In this document: positions 38,299 to 48,026 of the stretch, piece by piece
Position numbering within the stretch: the first letter of the stretch is position 1
Layout of the letters: each line of letters opens with the position of its first letter
NCBI GenBank assembly: GCA_002269645.1
Contig: NIVC01001571.1
Coordinates: 1 to 64,000, forward strand
DNA from: Macrostomum lignano
Lineage: Eukaryota
Reading direction: 5' to 3'
DNA: 64,000 nucleotides
Translations under genes and position numbers: made by a program
Notes under the pieces: model-generated
What the model saw: the letters and a program-made list of their open reading frames with translations, nothing else
Databases searched by the model: none
Told to the model about the DNA's origin: nothing

Positions 38299-41200
38299 TC
38301 AGCCCTGCAAGCTGTCCCGCATCAGGCCCAGCAGCTGTTCCTGCGGCAGCGCCTGAACAGCGCCAAACAGAGACAGCCAGGCGCGCCCAGCCCGCGCTAA
38401 CGGACCGGCCAGGAGCTCCGCGCACCTGTTGTATCGTTCCGCGAAATCGTGCGGCCCAACCGAGTACAGGTGAGCGTAGAGAGCCCCAGCTAGGCGGTTG
38501 AGAGACTCCAGCCTGGCCGACTGGCAGCTCGGACAGGCGCCAGCTTCGGCCGAACTCGGCGCCAGACCGGACAGCGCCGCGACAAGCGCTACCGCCGTCT
38601 CGTCGCCGAGACTCCAGTCGGCCAGGCAGACAACGGCCGGGCACAGTTCGGCGAGGCTACCGACGCCTTCGGGCGCGCCGGCGGCTAGCGAGTCGCACAG
38701 TCGACGCAGCGGCAGTCGAAGTCGAGCGTCGGCAAACAGGCGCAACTCGTCGTCGTGTCGGCTGTAGGCCAGGCAAGTCAACGGTGCGGCGCCGAACGCC
38801 AGAGCGGCGCGGAGGTGGCCGCTGAGACAGCAGGCGCCCATGCCGGAGGAGGCGCATCCGGCAAAGAAGCCGGTGAGACGGCGCAGAGCGGCGATAGCCT
38901 GTTATTAGCAAAGCAAGTGTGTAATCTACCTGACTAAGTGTGTAATTTACCTGGCTAAGTGTGTAATCTACCTGACTAAGTGTGTAATTTACCTGGCTAA
39001 GTGTGTAATCTACCTGGCTAAGTGTGTAATCTACCTAGCCAAGTGTGTAATCTACCTGAATAAGTGTTTAATCTACTTGGCTAAGTGTGTAATCTACCTA
39101 GCCAAGTGTGTAATCTACTTGGCTAAGCGTGTAATCTACCTGGCTAAGTATGTAATCTACCTGGCTAAGTGTGTAATCTACCTAGCCAAGTGTGTAATCT
39201 ACCAGACTAACTGTGTAATCTACCTGGCTAAGTGTGCAATCAATCTAGCCAGGTGTGTAATCGATCTAGACAGGTGTGTAATCCATCTAGCCAGGTGTGT
39301 AATCGATCTAGACAGGTTTGTAATCCATCTAGACAGGTGTGTAATCCATCTAGCCAGGTGTGTAATCGATCTAGACAGGTTTGTAATCCATCTAGACAGG
39401 TGTGTAATCGATCTAGCCAGGTGTGTAATCGATCTAGACAGGTGTGTAATCCATCTAGACAGGTGTGTAATCCATCTAGACAGGTGTGTAATCCATCTAG
39501 ACAGGTGTTTAATCCATCTATACAGGTGTGTAATCCATCTAGCCAGGTGTGTAATCCATCTAGACAGGTGTTAAATCCATCTATACAGGTGTGTAATCTA
39601 TCTAGACAGGTGTGTAATCCATCTAGACAGGTGTGTAATCCATCTAGCCAGGTGTGTAATCCATCTAGACAGGTGTGTAATCCATCTGGCATCCAGGCAT
39701 CAGACGTCCCTAACCTGAAGGCAGGCGTGGCCAGCCAGAGGCGGCACCGACTGCGAAACGCCAGAGTTGTCGGCGGCAGCAACTGCGCCCCGACTCGGCG
39801 GTTCTAGCGACAGCCCGGCGGGCCCAAATCGACGGTAGAGCGACAGAACGCTGGAGGTCAGGGCGAGCCGCTCCGGCCGCGCCTCCAGACTGCCCGGTTG
39901 GCGGGCTACGCCAGCGAACACGGAACGAAGATTGGCCTCCTCCACAGCCGGATCGGACAGCAGGCCTTGCAGAGCCGCTTCGGTTTGTGCGGCCCGAGCC
40001 ACCATGCCGGCCAGGGCGACGAAAGCGGCGTCGGACGCGCTCGGCGCTGGCGCCGGCGCCAGCGGGGGTGGGGGCGGTGCCGCCGTTGGAATCTCAAGCT
40101 TTATACGGGCGTCGTCTGTTGGCGGTGTTTTTAGTTTGAAAAAATCCCAATGCCACTAATTAGTATTCCTACATTTCTACTATAAGTATAGTAGTTAACA
40201 AAATGGCACTGTCGTTAATTTTAAAGAAGCAAAATTTTACTATTATTTACTGCTAGCAGAGTAAAATTAAAACACGGAAATAATTTTGAATTGGGTCACA
40301 ATGGTAGGTCATGCCAAGTGATCAGAAAGCTACATGAGTCTCAACAGTGGGTCACAATGGTAGGTCATACCAAGTGATCAGAAAGCTTTAGGTCACAATG
40401 GTAGGTCAGCCCAGTGATCAGAAAGCTTTAGGTCACAATGGTAGGTCAGCCCAGTGATCAGAAAGCTTTAGGTCCCAATGGTAGGTCAGCCCAGTGATCA
40501 GAAAGCTTTAGGTCCCAATGGTAGGTCAGCCCAGTGATCAGAAAGCTTTAGGTCCCAATGGTAGGTCAGCCCAGTGATCAGAAAGCTTTAGGTCACAATG
40601 GTAGGTCAGCCCAGTGATTAGAAAGCTTTAGGTCACAATGGTAGGTCAGCCCAGTGATCAGAAAGCTTTAGGTCACAATGGTAGGTCAGCCCAGTGATCA
40701 GAAAGCTTTAGGTCACAATGGTAGGTCAGCCCAGTGATCAGAAAGCTTTAGGTCACAATGGTAGGTCACAAGAGCAAACACAGCAGCAGACTGGCGCCTC
40801 ACCGGAAACGTCACCACTTTCGACGCCCAACTGGTTCAGAGCGTCAGCGGCCGCGTCAACTCCGGCGGGCTCGTCGCCGGAGCATCCAGCGGTCGGAGCT
40901 CCGGCCCCGGACCCGGCGGAAGCCGCTTTGCCAACTTGCATGTATCCGGGATCCAGGCCAACAGAGTAGCACTTGGCTAGGCGGCATGCTGGGCAATCGT
41001 TTCGGGTTGTCTTGGTAACCAAACAGTAGGGAGAAGGTCTCGAAGCGCTAGTGTCCCCGTTATCATCTTGCTGCCGTTTTAATTGCTGCTTTTTGCAGAA
41101 CAACGTTTTAGCGGAATTCCGCCGGAAGAAGTGCTTGCAAGACTCGCAGCAGACTCTGCCGAAATTATAATTGACGGCCAGGTCTCCGCACACGGTGCAG

Positions 41201-41352
41201 ACCCGCTGCTCCGCCGGTTCGCCAGGTTTGGCTTTTTTCTTGGAGTGCCGCTTCCGTTTGGGCGGGTCGGCGGGGGCGGAGGCGGCTGGGGCAGGGGCGG
41301 AGGACAGGGCAACGACGTCGCTCTCTGTGAGAACGGATAAGTCTGACTGCTC
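38299..41352 (-). CDS. Nuclear hormone receptor, NR1J (HR96/DAF-12)-like, with divergent ligand-binding domain; first exon not located
   Basis: Exons 41352-40803, 40115-39715 and 38898-38299; phases 1 and 0 are compatible. C4 fingers: CTVC-X13[10 protein letters not shown] and C-X23-C-X9-CPACRLAKC. The CESCK P-box is typical of NR1J. The last exon has an LBD-like helix pattern ([23 protein letters not shown]; [12 protein letters not shown]). Confidence 0.85.
38910..39690. repeat. 21-bp minisatellite GTGTGTAATCCATCTAGACAG / GTGTGTAATCTACCTGGCTAA
   Basis: Two variant domains switching near 39240. Confidence 0.97.
40290..40770. repeat. 40-bp minisatellite GGTCACAATGGTAGGTCAGCCCAGTGATCAGAAAGCTTTA
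   Basis: About 11 copies in the intron after the receptor DBD exon. Confidence 0.97.
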
Positions 41353-41404
41353 CTGAAGTTTATTGCAGGTTTTAAACTGTATTGGAATGTGGGCAAATTT
41401 CACG

Positions 41405-42045
41405 GGAATGTGAGATAATGAAGGGAGGGCAGTGTGAGATAATGAAGGGAGGGCAGTGTGAGATAATGAAGGGAGGGCAGTGTGAGATAATGAAGGGAGG
41501 GCAGTGTGAGATAATGAAGGGAGGGCAGTGTGAGATAATGAAAGGAGGGCAGTGTGAGATAATGAAGGGAGGGCAGTGTGAGATAATGAAGGGAGGGCAG
41601 TGTGAGATAATGAAGGGGTGTGGGATAATGAAGGGAGGGCAGTGTGAGATAATGAAAGGAGGGCAGTGTGAGATAATGAAGGGAGGGCAGTGTGAGATAA
41701 TGGAGGGCAGTGTGAGATAATGAAGGGGTGTGAGATAATGAAGGGGTGTGAGATAATGAAGGGAGGGCAGTGTGAGATAATGAAAGGAGGGCAGTGTGAG
41801 ATAATGAAGGGAGGGCAGTGTGAGATAATGAAGGGAGGGCAGTGTGAGATAATGGAGGGCAGTGTGAGATAATGAAGGGGTGTGAGATAATGAAGGGAGG
41901 GCAGTGTGAGATAATGAAGGGAGGGCAGTGTGAGATAATGAAGGGAGGGCAGTATGAGATAATGAAGAAAGGGCAGTGTAAGATAATGAAAGGAGGGCAC
42001 TGTGAGATAATGAAGGGAGGGCAGTGTGAGATAGTTATCAGAGGA
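41405..42045. repeat. 24-bp minisatellite GTGAGATAATGAAGGGAGGGCAGT
   Basis: Direct reading. Confidence 0.97.
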
Positions 42046-42484
42046 GGGAAGTGTATTGGCAAATTTCAGCCTGTTAAAGTAAATTAAAATAACGAAGCGA
42101 GTGCTTACAAGTCAATAGTAGTTTTAAAAAAAATTAAGCACACCAGTTGCTGGAACTGTGCGAGTGTCTAAAATTTACTATAAATCATTCATGAGCTATA
42201 AAGACTTAACAAACTCAGCTGTATTTACATATTATCCATATTTACCACACCTGCAAACTCTAGATTAGAATAGAAATAGATAATTACACAAATATTAGAA
42301 TCATCAGTTTAGCATTGTATGACCTTATCGTAAAAACGGAATTCATGGATTTTAATTATTTATCAGGGAAATATAAGAATGTATCGTAGACACACGCCAA
42401 AACAATTTAAATAATAATAGACAAAGCTTAAAAGACATTTCATTCAGCTATTGAGCAAATAATCTTGAAATAGGCCTAGAAGTT

Positions 42485-42808
42485 AGTGGCGGCACATCAA
42501 AAGAACTGGGGTAGAGAGAGGGCTAGCCGCGGCACATCAAAGGAACTGGGGTAGAGAGAGCTAGCGGCGGCACATCAAAGGCACTGGGTTAGAGAGAGCT
42601 AGCGGCGGCGTATCAAAGGAACTGGGGTATAGAGGGCTAGCGGCGGCACATCAAAGGCACTGGGTTAGAGAGAGCTAGCGGCGGCACATCAAAGGAACTG
42701 GGGTAGAGAGAGCTAGCGGCGGCACATCAAAGGAACTGGGGTAGAGAGAGCTAGCGGCGGCACATCAAAGGAACTGGGTTAGAGAGGGCTAGCGGCGGCA
42801 CATCAAAA
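42485..42808. repeat. 38-bp minisatellite GCTAGCGGCGGCACATCAAAGGAACTGGGGTAGAGAGA
   Basis: About 8 copies. Confidence 0.95.
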
Positions 42809-42925
42809 AACGACATCACAGGTAAAGTAGCATAAACAAGGTAGCTGAATAAAAAATTAAGAAATTACACACTAAACTCATATTTACAGCGCAGAATGGA
42901 ACACTGTTAACGAATTTCTTACACA

Positions 42926-45350
42926 TCACCTACGCTTATGAGTATAATAGTGCCTACTTTCTCTGGGTACGCCCAGCAAGTCGCACATGTGCATGCACAC
43001 GAAAATGTAATAGGCGTACAGGCCCAAAACTAGCAGTATAACTTTCCAAATCTGCGACGATATGGCGCGCGGGATCTGAAAGATTTTTTAAAAAATGATG
43101 AATTACAATAAATATGTGAGACATAAGGATGAGAGACAGGGAGATAAGGATGAGAGACAGGGAGATAAGGGTGAGAGACAGGGAGATAAGGATGAGAGAC
43201 AGGGAGATAAGGATGAGAGACAGGGAGATAAGGATGAGAGACAGGGAGATAAGGATGAGAGACAGGGAGATAAGGGTGAGAGACAGGGAGATAAGGGTGA
43301 GAGACATGGAGCTAAGGATGAGAGACAGGGAGATAAGGATGAGAGACAGGGAGATAAGGGTGAGAGACATGGAGCTAAGGATGAGAGACAGGGAGATAAG
43401 GGTGAGAGACAAGGAGCTAAGGATGAGAGACGGGGAGATAAGGATGAGAGACAGGGAGATAAGGATGAGAGACAGGGAGATAAGGGTGAGAGACAGGGAG
43501 ATAAGGATCAGAGACGGGAGATAAGGATCAGAGACTGGAGATAAGGATGAGAGAACAGTGAGTCAGAACAGAGAGAAGGGTGATTGAGACATAATTGAAA
43601 TAAACGAAGGATAATGCATTGGAAAAACCGGCTTACAAAGGACTTATGCACGGTATAATATTTGTCGCAGGTCAGATAGCCGCAAACTGAATCGTACAGC
43701 TCGGCTGCAATAGAAAATAGAGTATAAGAAATGAAAAATTCGTTTTTATAAAAAGCATTAAACTACTAATAGTAGCTGACTTATACTAGCCTGCGCCGCT
43801 TACTTTGAACAGCTTTGCCTGTCTGACCAGAATGAGTGCACGAGGCTACGGCTTGCTTGAAAAATGGATTTGACAGGGTTGAGAAGTTAGGTTAATGCTA
43901 GATTACGAGATTAGTGTTTCGATTTAAAAATAGCATAGATAAAAAAGCTGATTATTACAATGCATTTCTCCATTAAGGGCAGCATTTGGGCCTCCTTGCA
44001 CAGAGCCTGTCGCCAGAAGTCGAAGTTCTCGGGCAACGATAGAACGCGACAGCGCAGCAGGGGACATGCGTCCGCTAGGCATGCTGTGCCATTCTGTTTA
44101 GGGTAGAATTTTGATAAACTTAGTGCTAATTAGTCTACGTAGCGTTAAGAGATGGGCTAGGGTAAGGCCAACTGTCTAGACTGACCAATCAGACACACCG
44201 GAGTGAAGTGGGTCTGCTGGGGTAAAGCCCACTAACCAATTAGACACACCGGAGTGAGGTGGGTGTGCTGGGGTAAAGCCCACTGACCAATCAGACACGC
44301 AGGAGTGAGGTGGGTGTGCTGGGTAAAGCCCACTGACCAATCAGACACACCGGAGTGAGGTGGGTGTGCTGGGGTAAAGCCCACTGACCAATCAGACACG
44401 CAGGAGTGAGGTGGGTGTGCTGGGTAAAGTCCACTGATCAATCAGACACACCGGAGTGAGGTGGGTGTGCTGGGGTAAAGCCCACTGACCAATCAGACAC
44501 ACCGGAGTGAGGTGGGTGTGCTGGGGTAAAGCCAACTGACCAATCAGACACGCAGGAGTGAGGTGGGTGTGCTGGGGTAAAGCCCACTGACCAATCAGAC
44601 ACACCGGAGTGAGGTGGGTGTGCTGGGGTAAAGCCAAATGACCAATCAGACACGCAAGAGTGAGGAGGGTGTGCTGGGGTAAAGCCCACTAACCAATCAG
44701 ACTCACCGGAGTGAGGTGGGTGTGCTGGGGTAAAGCCAAATGACCAATCAGACACACCGGAGTGAGGTGGGTGTGCTGGGGTAAAGCCCACTGGCCAATC
44801 AGACACGCCGGGTGTGGTGTGGATAAAGACTACTGTTTTCGAGTTTTAGCATAACACTGAACATCGCTCACAGCCACAGTCTCCGGATGTCGCCTCTCGT
44901 AATGATTCCAAAGCGACGACTCTCTATAGAACGACTTGCCGCAGTAGCCGCACTGCCAATTGCTGACACTATTGGCAAATGTTCGTTTCTCGTTGTCATA
45001 GTAACGGCTTGGTTTAGGTTGGAATAAACAGCCGGGAGGCATCTCGGCCGAGTGACGTTCGAAAATAGGAAGGATCAACTGCGGATTAGGGAGTTAGGAA
45101 CTAATTTTAAAGACTGATACAATTCTACCTTTGATCACATGCACATCAATACTAGATATGAACTGCTCACTTTTTCTATGATACTAAGAGCCTCCTTGGA
45201 CTTCTGCCGACTGCAGCGGTCGCTTCTAGAGCTGTCATCTGCTCGATAGCCAATAGGCAACAAAGCGGCGAGAATCAATACAGTAGCAAGCTGTCTCGCC
45301 GATGGCAAAGGGCGTGCCACCGATAGACAGAACGGTCCAATAGAAGTCAT
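42926..45350 (-). CDS. Signal peptide + Cys-rich/C2H2-like zinc finger + C-terminal TM protein
   Basis: Six phase-compatible exons: 45350-45171, 45078-44872, 44093-43959, 43855-43804, 43704-43637, 43075-42926. Contains [62 protein letters not shown], then a hydrophobic tail. From memory this resembles the plant At5g63280-type family. Confidence 0.8.
43110..43550. repeat. 21-bp minisatellite GAGACAGGGAGATAAGGATGA
   Basis: Direct reading. Confidence 0.97.
44170..44815. repeat. 50-51-bp minisatellite ACCAATCAGACACACCGGAGTGAGGTGGGTGTGCTGGGGTAAAGCCCACTG
   Basis: About 13 copies. Confidence 0.97.
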
Positions 45351-45424
45351 GAAATCCAATTCATTTTTTTTATAAATCAAAGCATTCAAGTATTACTGAT
45401 ATTTTATTGAAACACATGAGTGAG

Positions 45425-45838
45425 GGGTTGTATTGAACTGGTAAGAAGTCTACAGGCTTAGCTGGCCAATCAGACACGATAGAGTGAGGTGGCTGAACTG
45501 GCAAGAAGTCTACAGGCCTAGCTGGCCAATCAGACACGATGGAGTGAGGTGGCTGAACTGGCAAGAAGTCTACAGGCCTAGTTGGCCAATCAGACACGAT
45601 GGAGTGAGGTGGCTGAACTGGCAAGAAGTCTACAGGCCTAGCTGGCCAATCAGACACGATGGAGTGAGGTGGCTGAACTGGTAAGAAGTCTACAGGCCTA
45701 GCTGGCCAATCAGACACGATGGAGTGAGGTGGCTGAACTGGCAAGAAGTCTACAGGCCTAGCTGGCCAATCAGACACGATTGAAGTGAGGTGGCTGAACT
45801 GGCAAGAAGTCTACAAGCCTAGTTAGCCAATCAGACAC
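45425..45838. repeat. 60-bp minisatellite GCCAATCAGACACGATGGAGTGAGGTGGCTGAACTGG...
   Basis: Successive 60-nt lines are nearly identical; about 7 copies. Confidence 0.97.
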
Positions 45839-46839
45839 GTACGCTCTTAAACACAGATTATGTACACCCTTACACACAGCTTCTAATTTTGACTGAAAAA
45901 GACAAAAAGTAGGAATTAACACAGACCGAATTTGACTTTTGGTATGAATAAATGCTGCAAAAAATATTCGACAATATGTTTATTTATTAATCTTGCAATT
46001 TACAAAAATATAAGTCAATCGGACCAGGACAAACATAGGAATGCTAAATATACAGCAAAGGTACATTCAAAGACTGCTGATGAAATATAACGTAGAAAAA
46101 TGTACAAAAATAAATTACTAGGTTAAAATTTACAAATTACATGCACTTGTAGAGCAAAACTGAAAGAGAAAACAACCGGGTGTCATGAAGACAAGAATAC
46201 GAAGCAAAACAAAGCCTTGAAAGTATTTAAATGCTTTTATAACGGACACTTTTTGGGACGACTTGATATCATAGAAAAAAACAAATAATAACTGGCAGAT
46301 TCTATTTATATTACTTAGTAGTAGCATCAGACATTTTGAGCTAGATAAGTACACTGAAAATTGTTACAAAATGCATTAGAACAGACGAGTAACAACCTGA
46401 AATATTTGATTTCAATGAGTCGTGTACAAATATATTCGTACACTTACACTGACCGCAATCGAAAATTGAATATAGATATGTACTGAATAAAAAGCAACAG
46501 GAATGATTGTGAGATAAAACTTTGGCCCCGGACAACTCCAGAATAATAATAGATGAATAGCTCCAAAAGGAACTGAAAGTTTAGCGGAAATTGAATGCAA
46601 TTTTTTAGAAAGCTTAACAACTATTTTATGCAAATTGCTTACTTTGACAGCACTTGGAACTGAAATTCGAAAATGCTTATCTGCTTACTCAAAGTAGCAG
46701 CAATGCAAATCGACTTAGTCGCATTATCACGACATATTATATTTAGATTTATTACACACTTGTTTGAGCCATCCTTTTGTCTTGTGTAACAAATCGAAAA
46801 AATTAAAAGTTACTTTCAATCAATTCATTAATTTGTTAG

Positions 46840-47350
46840 TCAGTCAGTCAGTCAGTGAGTCAGTGAGTCAGTCAGTGAGTCAGTGAGTCAGTGAGTGAGC
46901 CAGTGAGTCAGTGGGTCAGTGAGTCAGTGAGTCAGTGGGTCAGTGGGTCAGTGAGTCAGTGAGTCAGTCAGTGAGTCAGTGAGTCAGTGAGTGAGTCAGT
47001 GAGTGAGTCAGTGAGTGAGTCAGTGAGTGAGTCAGTGAGTGAGTCAGTCAGTGAGTGAGTCAGTGAGTGAGTCAGTGAGTCAGTGAGTGAGTCAGTGAGT
47101 GAGTCAGTGAGTGAGTGAGTCAGTGAGTGAGTCAGTGAGTGAGTGAGTCAGTGAGTGAGTCAGTGAGTGAGTCAGTGAGTGAGTGAGTGAGTGAGTGAGT
47201 CAGTGAGTGAGTGAGTGAGTGAGTGAGTGAGTGAGTGAGTGAGTGAGTGAGTGAGTCAGTCAGTCAGTCAGTCAGTCAGTCAGTCAGTCAGTCAGTCAGT
47301 CAGTCAGTCAGTCAGTCAGTCAGTCAGTCAGTCAGTCAGTCATCAGTCAG
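46840..47350. repeat. Compound tetranucleotide (CAGT/GAGT)n
   Basis: Direct reading. Confidence 0.97.
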
Positions 47351-48026
47351 TTCTCCTATTAATCCGAAAGCAAAAGCGAAAACTCGGGTACCGGTCTACC
47401 TAAAGCTCAAATCGTGTGTACCTCACATACGGTCAGACTTGATACAGTTGTATTTATTTCTCACCTTTGTACATATGACTTTGTTAGAAACAAAAGAGCA
47501 AGCATATTGTGCAAACATTGTTCAATATTTCGACACAGACACAATAAAACTTTCCAACAATACAATTTGACCAACAAACAAAAGCAACAAAGGACAGTCG
47601 CAATTCTGACTGGCAATAAAAAATTAATAATACATCGAAGCAATAGCAAAACACAGAAACAAAACCACACGCAGTTGAATAGAATAGTTCGAGTCGAATA
47701 AAAACCAACGTCAACTGTGCATAAAATTAGCATATTTAATTAGTAGAATCGTACAATTTGAACGCAGAAAAAAGTTTTGTTTTGAGAAAAGCAAAAGCAG
47801 TTTACTCTGATAATTTTTTTATTTTTATAAAACAGGCAAACAACAATAACTAGGCGATAAAAAAGCTGTGGGACAACTGAATGACGCGCGATATAGACTA
47901 CTACTTGACTATATGACTTAGTAGTAGTAAGCAGAGAAAATCTAAGCAAAATCACACAGAGACAGCAAATTTACTATGCATAAATATAGATAGAAGGTCG
48001 AATTTATTAAATAATTATTTTGCAAA

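Noticed and set aside
40290-45838. Regular 30-60-bp repeats resembling CRISPR arrays
   Set aside because: Units are head-to-tail with no unique spacers, there are no cas genes, and the context is eukaryotic.
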